From contig CACIIL010000001.1 in the NCBI GenBank assembly GCA_902586695.1, positions 100,738 to 164,737 on the forward strand: a DNA stretch of 64,000 nucleotides, in the 5' to 3' direction. Shown here in pieces: positions 11,593 through 21,960 of the stretch; the stretch's first letter is position 1; every line of letters begins with the position of its first letter. The stretch comes from an uncultured Alphaproteobacteria bacterium (lineage in GTDB: Bacteria; Pseudomonadota; Alphaproteobacteria; HIMB59; GCA-002718135). A program made the position numbers and the translations under genes. The notes under the pieces are model-generated. The model saw only the letters and a program-made list of their open reading frames with translations, was not told the DNA's origin and ran no database searches.

Positions 11593-11795
11593 TGCCAATA
11601 AGAAGAAAATCTAGCATTGATAAACAATATTATGAAAGTATCGGGCAAGGAATGTTATTTGGCCATGATAACATTCACTTTAAAACCATAAATCTCTCAA
11701 AAAAACAACGATTTAAAGATCTTTGTAAAATCTTTCGATTAAAAAAACTTGTTAAAGATAAATCTATTTTATTAGATTTAACTATATTAAAATAA
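11592..11795 (+). CDS. hypothetical basic microprotein (67 aa)
   Basis: TAATG overlap with upstream gene; stop abuts the next ATG. Confidence 0.65.
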   Translation: MPIRRKSSIDKQYYESIGQGMLFGHDNIHFKTINLSKKQRFKDLCKIFRLKKLVKDKSILLDLTILK

Positions 11796-12989
11796 ATGAA
11801 AAAGTTTTTTTCTTATGATCCAAAACTTTTAGTGTACGGTTTTTTGATTGTATTTTTTGCAAGTTACGGCCAAACTTTTTTTATTTCAATATTTAATTCT
11901 GAAATTCGTTCTCATTATAATTTATCTGATGGAGAGTTTGGATTAATCTATGCTATTGCAACAATTTGTAGTGCTTTTTTATTAATCAGCTTTGCTAAAT
12001 TAATTGATTATATAGATTTAAGAATTTATTCTTTGCTTATTTGTACAGGAATGATTTTATCTTGTTTAGCAATGTTTTTTTTTATTAAACATGTGCTTTT
12101 TCTTTTATTAATAATTTTTAGTTTACGTTTTTTTGGACAGGGTGCAATGGGACATGCTGGTGAAACTACAATGGCCAGATATTTTGGTAACAATCGAGGA
12201 AAGGCTTTATCAGTTTCAACCTTAGGGGGCATGACTGGCGTTATGCTTTTACCAATGTTCATAATATATTTAATGCAATATTATACTTTTAATCAACTTT
12301 GGTTAGCAGCTTCTTTTTCAATAATCATCTTAATACCTGTTATATTCTTATTATTAAATGATCAGGTAAAAAGACAAATTAATTTTAAAAAAAAAATAAG
12401 TCATGATTCTTTAAATAAGATTTGGAGAACAAGAGATTTAATTAAACAAAAAAAATTTTATATTTATCTACCTCTTTCAATAACATCTTCATTTGTTTCT
12501 ACAGGATTAATGTTTCATCAAATTTTTATATTTAATGAAAAAGGATGGAGTTTAATAATGATGGGAAATGGTTTTTTATTTTTAGGAATTTTTTCAATTA
12601 TAGGTTTAATAATTGGAGGTCCTATTATTGATAAATTTAATACACGGAAAACAGCATTAACTGCATTATTACCTCTTTTTTTAGCTTTGTTGGTTTTATT
12701 ATTTTTTAATAATTATTTTTCACTTCTACTTTACATGAGTTTATATGGTTTAAATCATGGACTAACCACTCCTTTTATAGGGGCTCTTTGGGCTGAAATT
12801 TATGGTGTTGAAAGTTTAGGAACAGTAAAAGCTCTCCTACATGCAGGAGGAGTTTTTGCTAGCGCTCTTTCACCATTAATTTTTGGCTATTTAATTGACA
12901 TAGGTTTTGGTATTTCAATTATAGTGATCATCAGTGTATTAATAATAATTGTTTCAACACTTCTTCCTATTTATAATAAACTTCCATGA
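11796..12989 (+). CDS. MFS transporter
   Basis: about 12 hydrophobic segments, YGQTFFIS, RFFGQG, RGKALS, GPIIDKF. Confidence 0.88.
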   Translation: MKKFFSYDPKLLVYGFLIVFFASYGQTFFISIFNSEIRSHYNLSDGEFGLIYAIATICSAFLLISFAKLIDYIDLRIYSLLICTGMILSCLAMFFFIKHVLFLLLIIFSLRFFGQGAMGHAGETTMARYFGNNRGKALSVSTLGGMTGVMLLPMFIIYLMQYYTFNQLWLAASFSIIILIPVIFLLLNDQVKRQINFKKKISHDSLNKIWRTRDLIKQKKFYIYLPLSITSSFVSTGLMFHQIFIFNEKGWSLIMMGNGFLFLGIFSIIGLIIGGPIIDKFNTRKTALTALLPLFLALLVLLFFNNYFSLLLYMSLYGLNHGLTTPFIGALWAEIYGVESLGTVKALLHAGGVFASALSPLIFGYLIDIGFGISIIVIISVLIIIVSTLLPIYNKLP

Positions 12990-13126
12990 TTGAAAAAGTA
13001 TCTGATAGTATCAAATTTTTAATGTTAGAATATGAACGGTTGTTAAAAAAACAAAAACAACAAAAGCTAACAAAATCTGAATTGGAAACACTGAATAATT
13101 TAAAAAATTTTTTAGGTAAAAATTAA
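12986..13126 (+). CDS. hypothetical microprotein (46 aa, not in ORF track)
   Basis: MIEKVSDSIKFLMLEYERLLKKQKQQKLTKSELETLNNLKNFLGKN; ATGA overlap with MFS stop and TAATG overlap with zapE start. Confidence 0.7.
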   Translation: MIEKVSDSIKFLMLEYERLLKKQKQQKLTKSELETLNNLKNFLGKN

Positions 13127-14163
13127 TGAGTTTTACAGTTCTTGATCATTATGAAGGTTTTATTTTTAATAATTTTATCAAAAGAGATAAAAATCAAATT
13201 AATTTATTAAACGATGTAGATTTAACATGGCGTGAATTTAATAAAAGCAATGTATTTTACTCTAAAAGAAAAAGATTTGGAATATATGTTTATGGTTCTG
13301 TAGGAACAGGAAAAACTTTTTTATTAAGTTTATTTTCACAGTACACTAAAGTTGCAAGAAAGATTCATTATAACCATTTAATGAAAAATGTTCACGATGC
13401 AATTAACTTAAATAATGATAAAGAAAAAAAGCTAGAAAGCTACATAAAGGATTTGTCTAAGGAAATTAAAATACTTTTTATAGATGAGTTGCATATTTTT
13501 AATATTGTTGATGCGCTAATAATAAAGAGAGTTTTTCAACTTCTAGAGGAAAATGATGTATTTGTTATGACTTCATCTAACTTTAAACCAGATGATCTCT
13601 ATAAAGATGGTTTACAAAGAGCAGATTTTATTCCTTTTGTTGAACATATTAAAAAAAATTATGAACTTATTCATATGTACAGTGATAAGGATTATAGAAG
13701 AATTGCTCTTAATCAAGCGAAGACATATTTTACTCCAATAAATAATGATACTGAAGGAGAGTTTTTATCACTATTTCAGAGATTAGTTGATATAGATAAT
13801 CTTACTGCTAAAATAATTAATTCTAAAAGTAGAGAGATAATATTTACTAAATGTTCTGCTAATGTAGCTTATTGTAGTTTTGATTTTATTTGTAATACAA
13901 ATCTAGGTTATGAGGATTATACAAATATTGCAAAAGAGTTTAAATTAATTTTTATTGAAAAAGTGCCTAAAATGACTGATGATTTGTCTGATCAATGTAG
14001 AAGATTTATTAGTTTAATAGATATGCTTTATATAAATAAATGTTCAGTTGTTATTTTGGCAGAAAAACCAATATCTTTACTCTGTCAAATTGATAAATTA
14101 TCAAAAGAATTTGAAAGAACTGCCAGTAGACTATATGAATTGACAATCATTCAGCCTTCATGA
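13126..14163 (+). CDS. zapE: AFG1/ZapE family ATPase
   Basis: GIYVYGSVGTGKT Walker A, FIDE Walker B, LYKDGLQR, RRFISLIDMLY, FERTASRL. Confidence 0.9.
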   Translation: MSFTVLDHYEGFIFNNFIKRDKNQINLLNDVDLTWREFNKSNVFYSKRKRFGIYVYGSVGTGKTFLLSLFSQYTKVARKIHYNHLMKNVHDAINLNNDKEKKLESYIKDLSKEIKILFIDELHIFNIVDALIIKRVFQLLEENDVFVMTSSNFKPDDLYKDGLQRADFIPFVEHIKKNYELIHMYSDKDYRRIALNQAKTYFTPINNDTEGEFLSLFQRLVDIDNLTAKIINSKSREIIFTKCSANVAYCSFDFICNTNLGYEDYTNIAKEFKLIFIEKVPKMTDDLSDQCRRFISLIDMLYINKCSVVILAEKPISLLCQIDKLSKEFERTASRLYELTIIQPS

Positions 14164-15149
14164 AAAAAAAAATATTAATAACAATATTATCAATAGTTAT
14201 TTTGTGTTGTTTTATTTATGCGGCAGCAGGTTTCTACGTAGCTTATAGTATCCTTAAAATTGATCATACATGTGGCTTGCATGAAAACTCTGAACCTAAT
14301 TCTTGGAGTACAAAGGTAGATGCACATGAATATACTAACTTATCAAGAAGTAGGTTAAGAGATAATTTTCCTTCAAAAAAATATCATCTTAAAGAATGGA
14401 AAAATATATATTTTCCTTCAAGAGAAAAAGGAATTCAGCTTAACGGTTGGTTGTTTAATTACTATGAAGATAGGCCCGTAGTGATTATTATTCATGGTAT
14501 ATTTCCTAATGGAAAATGTAAACCAGAGTCAAATTTAATAGCAAGTTTATTAATTCAAAAGGGGATTAATGCAATGACTATAGATCTGCGTAATTATGGT
14601 CAAAGTGATTTTACAAGTGATTATGAAGATCTTGGTTTAAAATCTTATAACGATGTTTTAGGAGCATATGATTATTTACGAGAGATAGGTTATGAAAGCA
14701 ATCAAATTGGTCTTCATGGTATATCTTTAGGGGCTGTTCCTGCAATTTTTGCTGCTAATGTTGAAAAAGATATAAAAGCTATTTGGGTTGATAGTTCATT
14801 AGCAGAATTTAAAATGGTACTAAAAGATGAAATAGCAAGATACGGATTGTCAATTGAGTTTGGTCCAGCAGTTAGTTTTTTTGGTCAATTGTTGGCTGGT
14901 GTTGATCCCACTGACTTGAATCCAGTAAAAAAATTAAATAAAAATCAATTTTATTTTTTCACTCACGGGGATAAAGATGAAAGAATGTTACCCAGGCATT
15001 ATGAATATTTTAAAAAATATGCATCTGAAAATAATATTAAAGCTGATTTTTGGCTGGCAAAAAATTCTTATCATGTAGATGGGATGTTTAAGTATCCTGA
15101 AGAATATTCTAAAAAAATGTATAAATTCTTTGAGGACAACTTAAAATAA
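14160..15149 (+). CDS. membrane-anchored alpha/beta hydrolase
   Basis: N-terminal TM helix, IIHG, DLRNYGQS, GISLG nucleophile elbow, HGDKD. Confidence 0.8.
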   Translation: MKKKILITILSIVILCCFIYAAAGFYVAYSILKIDHTCGLHENSEPNSWSTKVDAHEYTNLSRSRLRDNFPSKKYHLKEWKNIYFPSREKGIQLNGWLFNYYEDRPVVIIIHGIFPNGKCKPESNLIASLLIQKGINAMTIDLRNYGQSDFTSDYEDLGLKSYNDVLGAYDYLREIGYESNQIGLHGISLGAVPAIFAANVEKDIKAIWVDSSLAEFKMVLKDEIARYGLSIEFGPAVSFFGQLLAGVDPTDLNPVKKLNKNQFYFFTHGDKDERMLPRHYEYFKKYASENNIKADFWLAKNSYHVDGMFKYPEEYSKKMYKFFEDNLK

Positions 15150-15288
15150 AAAAGTCGGACTGTCTTTGCTAGCACGTACCTTGGCAGACACTTCTCTAGT
15201 AAAACACTCGGTTTCATCAAACGGCGGGTAAGAAGAAACAATTTCTAGGCGTTCCTCCGAAGCAAAGAAATTGAGTTACAATCCGACT
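15148..15288 (-). ncRNA. stand-alone rod-shaped small RNA (6S-like candidate or novel)
   Basis: Terminal stem AGTCGGATTGT/ACAGTCCGACT, then TCTTTGCT/AGCAAAGA, ACG-CCT/AGG-CGT, CTTCT/AGAAG and apical GTTT-GATG-AAAC; a U-G wobble favours the minus strand; U tract follows. Confidence 0.75.
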
Positions 15289-15294
15289 ATTTAT

Positions 15295-15323
15295 AAACTA
15301 CATCCAAAGTATTAATAATTCAA
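15295..15323 (-). promoter_or_regulatory. sigma70-type promoter of the sRNA
   Basis: TTGAAT(15323-18)-17 bp-TAGTTT(15300-295), 6 nt before the first paired base at 15288. Confidence 0.65.
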
Positions 15324-15389
15324 CTTTTACGGGATATTTTAAATTGGTATTTGTTTATTTTAGATAGAAAATTACTATTATAATTTAAT

Positions 15390-15410
15390 TTATCCACAGA
15401 TTTATACACA
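15390..15410 (+). promoter_or_regulatory. tandem DnaA-box pair
   Basis: TTATCCACA(15390-98) GAT TTATACACA(15402-10); both match TTATNCACA. Confidence 0.5.
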
Positions 15411-15518
15411 TGTAATTGAAAACGCTAATTCAACTAAATCTATTGATTTTTTTTGAATTTCTGCAAAAAAAATATACTTATGAAATATAAACTATTCAAA
15501 AATTATTAAATATTAGAG

Positions 15519-15884
15519 ATGAATCGACCTTTATCCCCACATTTATCTATACATAAAAAAGTATTAACTGCAGTCTTTTCTATTTTTCATAGATTTACAG
15601 GTATTGGATTAAGTGTTGGGGCATTTCTTTTATCATTATGGATAATAATGTTAGCGCTAGGAGAAGAATATTATGGAATTTTTAGAACTATATCAACATT
15701 TTTTATTTTTAAAGTAATTCTTTTTATTTGGACCTTGGCAATTTTCTATCATCTTTATAACGGCATAAGATATTTAATATGGAGTTATGGAAAAATGATG
15801 GATTTGAACTTAGTTTATAAAACTGGATATGTGGTATTATTCCTATCGTTTATTTCTACTTTACTTGTTTGGTTAGCAGTATGA
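15519..15884 (+). CDS. sdhC: succinate dehydrogenase cytochrome b556 subunit
   Basis: NRPLSPHLSI, SIFHRFTG, YHLYNGIR. Confidence 0.95.
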   Translation: MNRPLSPHLSIHKKVLTAVFSIFHRFTGIGLSVGAFLLSLWIIMLALGEEYYGIFRTISTFFIFKVILFIWTLAIFYHLYNGIRYLIWSYGKMMDLNLVYKTGYVVLFLSFISTLLVWLAV

Positions 15885-16210
15885 AGGATTATAAGACAAA
15901 ATGGCTTTTTCAACGTTTAACAGCATTTGTAATGATACCTCTAACCTTCTGGTTTATATATCATTGTGTTAATTTATCCTCTCAAACATATGAAGAAATA
16001 AATTTATTTTTCTTTTCGAAGCTTAATGCTTCATTATTTTTTATTTTAATGATTTCTATGTTATATCATTCAAAACTTGGTTGCGAGACTATTATTCAAG
16101 ACTATATAAAATCTGAAAGTTTAAAAAAAATTATTAACTTTACTATTAGTGTTTCGATATATTTATTTATGATACTAATATTTTTATCTTTACTAACACT
16201 GACCTTTTAA
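15881..16210 (+). CDS. sdhD: succinate dehydrogenase hydrophobic anchor subunit
   Basis: [22 protein letters not shown] overlap with sdhC. Confidence 0.92.
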   Translation: MKDYKTKWLFQRLTAFVMIPLTFWFIYHCVNLSSQTYEEINLFFFSKLNASLFFILMISMLYHSKLGCETIIQDYIKSESLKKIINFTISVSIYLFMILIFLSLLTLTF

Positions 16211-16211
16211 A

Positions 16212-18005
16212 ATGACAAAAGCATATGAATTTATTGACCATCATTACGATGTTCTTGTTGTTGGAGCTGGAGGATCTGGTCTTCGTGCAACTCTAGGTTC
16301 AGCAGAAGCTGGTTTAAAAACAGCATGTATTTCAAAAGTTTTTCCGACAAGAAGTCATACTGTTGCTGCTCAAGGAGGTATTGGTGCAGCTTTAGGTAAT
16401 ATGGGAGAGGATAATTGGAAATGGCACATGTATGATACAGTAAAAGGATCAGATTGGTTAGGGGATCAGGATGCTATTGAATATTTATGTGCTAATGCCC
16501 CTGAAGCAGTTATTGAATTAGAAGATTATGGAATGCCTTTTAGTAGAACTGAGGATGGAAAAATTTATCAACGACCATTTGGTGGACATCTAACTAATAA
16601 TGGTGAGGGTGCTCCTGCAATGCGAGCGTGTGCTGCTGCTGACAGAACTGGGCATGCTTTACTTCATACTCTCTATCAACAGTCTTTAAAGCAGAATGTA
16701 GAATTTTTTATAGAATATTTTGTTTTAGATTTAATCATGGACGATGATGTTAACTGTATTGGCATTGTTGCATTATGTCTTGAAGATGGAACATTACACC
16801 GGTTTTTATCTCATCAGACAATATTAGCGACAGGAGGTTATGGCAGGGCTTACCTTTCATCAACAAGTGCGCATATATGTACGGGAGATGGTAGCGCTAT
16901 GATTTTAAGACAAAATTTACCTTTATCAGATATGGAATTTATTCAATTTCATCCAACTGGTGTGTATGGAGCAGGAGTATTAATTACTGAAGGAGCAAGA
17001 GGTGAAGGTGGTTATTTAACAAATAGTGATGGTGAGAGATTTATGGAGCGATACGCACCTAATGCAAAAGATTTAGCTTCAAGAGATGTTGTAAGTCGCG
17101 CAATGACAATTGAAATTAATGAAAATAGAGGATGTGGTGACAAAGCTGATCATGTACTATTACATCTAGAACATATTGAATCTTCAACACTTCACAAAAG
17201 ACTACCAGGCATTTCTGAAACAGCAAAAATTTTTGCGGGAGTTGATTTAACAAAACAACCAATACCTGTTTTGCCAACTGTCCATTATAATATGGGTGGA
17301 ATTCCAACAAATTACCGTACTGAAGTTTTAAGACCAACAAAGGACAACCCAGATAATGTTTGTGAAGGTTTAATGGCAGTTGGAGAAGCTGCCTGTGTTT
17401 CTGTTCATGGTGCAAATAGACTTGGAACAAATTCATTAATTGATCTTGTTGTATTTGGAAAAGCTTCAAGTTTAACAGCTAAAGATAAAGTTAAACCAAA
17501 TAGTAAAAAAATTCAGATTAATTTTAATAAAACAGAATCAATTATAGATAGATTTGATAAAATCCGCTTTAATAAAGGTGAGCGTACAACTGGAGAAGTT
17601 AGAAGATCAATGCAGAAAGTTATGCAAGAAAAATGTGCTGTCTTCAGAACTCATGATTTAATTTCAAAAGGAATTGAAGAAATTTCAGAGATTGACAAAT
17701 CTATGGATGATATTGGGTTAAAAGATAAATCTTTAATTTTTAATACCGATCTAACAGAATCATTAGAGCTACATAATTTAATGGCGCAGTCAAAAGTTAC
17801 ACTACATTCAGCTTTAAATAGAACTGAAAGCAGAGGTGCCCACGCAAGAGAAGATCATAAAGAAAGAGATGATTCAAACTGGCTTGTACACACTTTGTCT
17901 TGGCTTGATGATAAAGGTAATGTAAGAATGGGTAAAAGACCAGTTCAAATGAACACACTAAGTAATCATGTTCAGCCAATTCCACCTAAAAAAAGAGTTT
18001 ATTAA
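16212..18005 (+). CDS. sdhA: succinate dehydrogenase flavoprotein subunit
   Basis: [13 protein letters not shown]-His motif, QFHPTG, HYNMGG, HGANRLG. Confidence 0.98.
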   Translation: MTKAYEFIDHHYDVLVVGAGGSGLRATLGSAEAGLKTACISKVFPTRSHTVAAQGGIGAALGNMGEDNWKWHMYDTVKGSDWLGDQDAIEYLCANAPEAVIELEDYGMPFSRTEDGKIYQRPFGGHLTNNGEGAPAMRACAAADRTGHALLHTLYQQSLKQNVEFFIEYFVLDLIMDDDVNCIGIVALCLEDGTLHRFLSHQTILATGGYGRAYLSSTSAHICTGDGSAMILRQNLPLSDMEFIQFHPTGVYGAGVLITEGARGEGGYLTNSDGERFMERYAPNAKDLASRDVVSRAMTIEINENRGCGDKADHVLLHLEHIESSTLHKRLPGISETAKIFAGVDLTKQPIPVLPTVHYNMGGIPTNYRTEVLRPTKDNPDNVCEGLMAVGEAACVSVHGANRLGTNSLIDLVVFGKASSLTAKDKVKPNSKKIQINFNKTESIIDRFDKIRFNKGERTTGEVRRSMQKVMQEKCAVFRTHDLISKGIEEISEIDKSMDDIGLKDKSLIFNTDLTESLELHNLMAQSKVTLHSALNRTESRGAHAREDHKERDDSNWLVHTLSWLDDKGNVRMGKRPVQMNTLSNHVQPIPPKKRVY

Positions 18006-18800
18006 ATGGTTCAATTTGCACTACCACAAAACTCAAAAATTAAAAAAGGCATTCAGCATCCTATAAAAGAAAAATCTGAGAGTCCAAAAAAAATTGTTAT
18101 ATATAGATGGAACCCAGATGATAATGAAAATCCAAGACTTGATAGTTATGAAATTGATTTAAAAAAATGTGGACCAATGGTCCTTGATGCTTTGATGAAG
18201 ATTAAAAATGAAATTGATTCTTCTTTAACTTTTAGAAGGTCTTGTCGTGAAGGTGTGTGTGGTTCATGTGCAATGAATATTGATGGTGTCAACACACTAG
18301 CATGTTTAAAACCAATTGAGGAAGTAAATGGTGAAATCAGAATTTACCCATTACCCCATATGCCAGTAGTTAAGGATTTAGTACCTGACTTAAGTAAGGT
18401 TTATAAACAGCTAGCATCAATTAAACCATGGATACAAAGATCTAAAAAACCAGAGCCTTCTAAATCTAAATTAATAGAAGAAATAAAACAAAGCCCTAAA
18501 GACAGAGAAAAATTAGATGGTCAATGGGAGTGTGTATTATGTTTTTGTTGCACAACTTCTTGCCCAAGTTATTGGTGGAATAGTGATGAATATTTAGGAC
18601 CAGCAGTATTATTGCAAGCTGCTAGATGGGTAAATGATTCTAGAGATGTTGAAAGAAAAAACAGATTGCGAGAAATTAATGATTCAATGAAGCTTTATCG
18701 GTGTCACTCAATTATGAATTGTACACGTTCATGCCCTAAAGGTTTGAATCCCGCTAAAGCTATTGCTGATTTAAAGAAGGCTATTGTTACAGAAATATAA
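18006..18800 (+). CDS. sdhB: succinate dehydrogenase iron-sulfur subunit
   Basis: [36 protein letters not shown]. Confidence 0.97.
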   Translation: MVQFALPQNSKIKKGIQHPIKEKSESPKKIVIYRWNPDDNENPRLDSYEIDLKKCGPMVLDALMKIKNEIDSSLTFRRSCREGVCGSCAMNIDGVNTLACLKPIEEVNGEIRIYPLPHMPVVKDLVPDLSKVYKQLASIKPWIQRSKKPEPSKSKLIEEIKQSPKDREKLDGQWECVLCFCCTTSCPSYWWNSDEYLGPAVLLQAARWVNDSRDVERKNRLREINDSMKLYRCHSIMNCTRSCPKGLNPAKAIADLKKAIVTEI

Positions 18801-19781
<981 letters not shown>

Positions 19782-19833
19782 CTCATTTAGTGTCAGCAGC
19801 TTAACCTAATAATTATTATTTGTAAGAAATTAA

Positions 19834-21021
19834 ATGAACATACACGAGTATCAGGCTAAAGAAATTCTTAAAAAATTTGGATTACCTGTTCTTAATGGCA
19901 AATCTTATGTTAATAATTTAGATTCTATAGAAAATGATTTAATTGATTTAAAAGGACCCCCATGGGTAGTTAAATCTCAAATTCATGCAGGCGGAAGAGG
20001 TACTGGATATTTTAAAAATGCATTTAATGGAAAAGGTGGGGTTCAAGTTATTTTTGAAAAAAATCAAGTTTCTAATATTGCTTCTTCAATGATGGGAAAT
20101 GTTTTAGTAACAAAACAAACAGGTGAACAAGGCAAATTAGTAAACAGAATTTTTATTGAAGAAGGATGTGATATTGATAGAGAGTTCTATTTTAGTTTAT
20201 TAGTTGATAGAACGAAGTCTCAATTAATGATTATGATTTCTGCAGCTGGAGGTATAGATATTGAAGAAGTTGCAATTTCTGATCCAAAAAAAATAACTTA
20301 TATTTATTTTACAAGCAATCAAGATATTAAACTAGATGAAAAATTGCAAAAAAAACTTAATATTAATAAAAGGCAGCTAGATGAATTAAATTCAATTACT
20401 AACAAATTATTGTTAGCTTTTAATTCCATTGATGCTTCAACAATTGAAATCAACCCATTAGTCTTAAATAAGCAAGGAAATTTCGTTTTATTAGATGCTA
20501 AAATCAGCTTAGATGATAATGCTTTATTTCGACATCCTGAATTAGTTGAATTAAAAGATTTAACGGAAGAAGATCCTTTAGAATTACAAGCAGCAGAACA
20601 TGATATGAATTATGTAAAACTTCAGGGTTCAATCGGTTGTATGGTTAATGGCGCTGGTTTAGCTATGGCCACTATGGATATTATTAAACAATATGGAGAA
20701 GAGCCTGCAAATTTTTTGGATTTAGGAGGTACTGCAAATAAAGACAGAGTAATAATGGGTTTTAAGATAATTCAGTCAGATCCGAATGTTAAATCTATTT
20801 TAATAAATATTTTTGGAGGAATTATTCATTGTGACATGATTGCTAATGGCATTGTTGAAGCTGTTAAAGAATTAAATTTTAAGCTCCCACTTGTTGTTCG
20901 GTTTCAAGGAACTAATTCAAATGAAGGCAGAGATGTAATTAATAATTCTTCTTTAGGATTGATTTCTATAGATGATTTTGCTGATGCAGCAAAAAAAGTA
21001 GTGGAGCTTTCTCAAGTATAA
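19834..21021 (+). CDS. sucC: succinyl-CoA synthetase beta subunit
   Basis: [31 protein letters not shown]. Confidence 0.97.
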   Translation: MNIHEYQAKEILKKFGLPVLNGKSYVNNLDSIENDLIDLKGPPWVVKSQIHAGGRGTGYFKNAFNGKGGVQVIFEKNQVSNIASSMMGNVLVTKQTGEQGKLVNRIFIEEGCDIDREFYFSLLVDRTKSQLMIMISAAGGIDIEEVAISDPKKITYIYFTSNQDIKLDEKLQKKLNINKRQLDELNSITNKLLLAFNSIDASTIEINPLVLNKQGNFVLLDAKISLDDNALFRHPELVELKDLTEEDPLELQAAEHDMNYVKLQGSIGCMVNGAGLAMATMDIIKQYGEEPANFLDLGGTANKDRVIMGFKIIQSDPNVKSILINIFGGIIHCDMIANGIVEAVKELNFKLPLVVRFQGTNSNEGRDVINNSSLGLISIDDFADAAKKVVELSQV

Positions 21022-21023
21022 TT

Positions 21024-21908
21024 ATGTCTATAATAATAAATAAAACTACGAAAGTGATATGCCAAGGTTTTACAGGTTCTCAAGGCACTTATCATTCTCA
21101 ACAAGCAATCGATTATGGAACTCAAATGGTCGGTGGTGTTACACCGGGCAAAGGAGGGACAAAACATTTAGGTTTGCCTGTTTTTAATACTGTTAAAGAA
21201 GCAAAAGATTATACACAAGTTGATGCAACTGTAATTTATGTTCCTGCAAAATTTGCTACTCAAGCAATTCATGAAGCTCTTGATGCAAATATCAAAATTA
21301 TTACTTGCATTACTGAAGGCATTCCCGTTCTTGATATGGTGGAAATAAAGAAAAGAATTATTAAACAAAAAACCTATTTTATAGGACCTAATTGTCCAGG
21401 TTTAGTAACTCCAGGAGAATGTAAAATTGGAATTATGCCAGGATTTATTCATAAGCCTGGAAAAATTGGGATTGTAAGTAGGTCAGGAACACTAACTTAT
21501 GAGGCTGTTTGGCAAACTTCTCAAATAGGACTTGGCCAAACAACTTGTATAGGTATAGGTGGCGATCCTGTACACGGTGTTAATTTTATTGATTGTCTTG
21601 ATTTATTTTTAAAAGATGAAGAAACAAAAGGAATTTTGATGATAGGAGAAATAGGTGGTACTGCAGAGGAAGATGCTGCAGAGTTTATTTTAAACTCTTC
21701 TACAAATAAACCAATGTCAGCATTTATCGCTGGTGTTTCAGCGCCTAAAGGGAAAAGAATGGGACATGCTGGAGCTATAATATCTGGTAATAAAGGCACA
21801 GCAGAATCAAAAATTGAAGCTTTAAGGAAAGCTAATATAGCTGTGGCACCATCTCCAGATAAAATGGGAGAAACAATGCTAGCTGAAATGCAAAAAAGGT
21901 ATAATTAA
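21024..21908 (+). CDS. sucD: succinyl-CoA synthetase alpha subunit
   Basis: [27 protein letters not shown]. Confidence 0.97.
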   Translation: MSIIINKTTKVICQGFTGSQGTYHSQQAIDYGTQMVGGVTPGKGGTKHLGLPVFNTVKEAKDYTQVDATVIYVPAKFATQAIHEALDANIKIITCITEGIPVLDMVEIKKRIIKQKTYFIGPNCPGLVTPGECKIGIMPGFIHKPGKIGIVSRSGTLTYEAVWQTSQIGLGQTTCIGIGGDPVHGVNFIDCLDLFLKDEETKGILMIGEIGGTAEEDAAEFILNSSTNKPMSAFIAGVSAPKGKRMGHAGAIISGNKGTAESKIEALRKANIAVAPSPDKMGETMLAEMQKRYN

Positions 21909-21960
21909 ATTCGAAATCTAATAATATTTATAAAAAATATTAAGTATATATAAAAGTAAA

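Noticed and set aside
15153..15288. sRNA as RNase P (GAGGAA), SRP RNA, tmRNA or cobalamin riboswitch
   Set aside because: Too short and lacks the P4 partner for RNase P; no GNRA/SRP internal loop, no T-arm or CCA, no B12 box, and no downstream gene on that strand.
15290..15518. Region as oriC
   Set aside because: Only two boxes; trio-like TAC-TAT-TAT lies on the wrong side; no change in gene orientation and no usual origin neighbours. Kept only as a DnaA-box finding.
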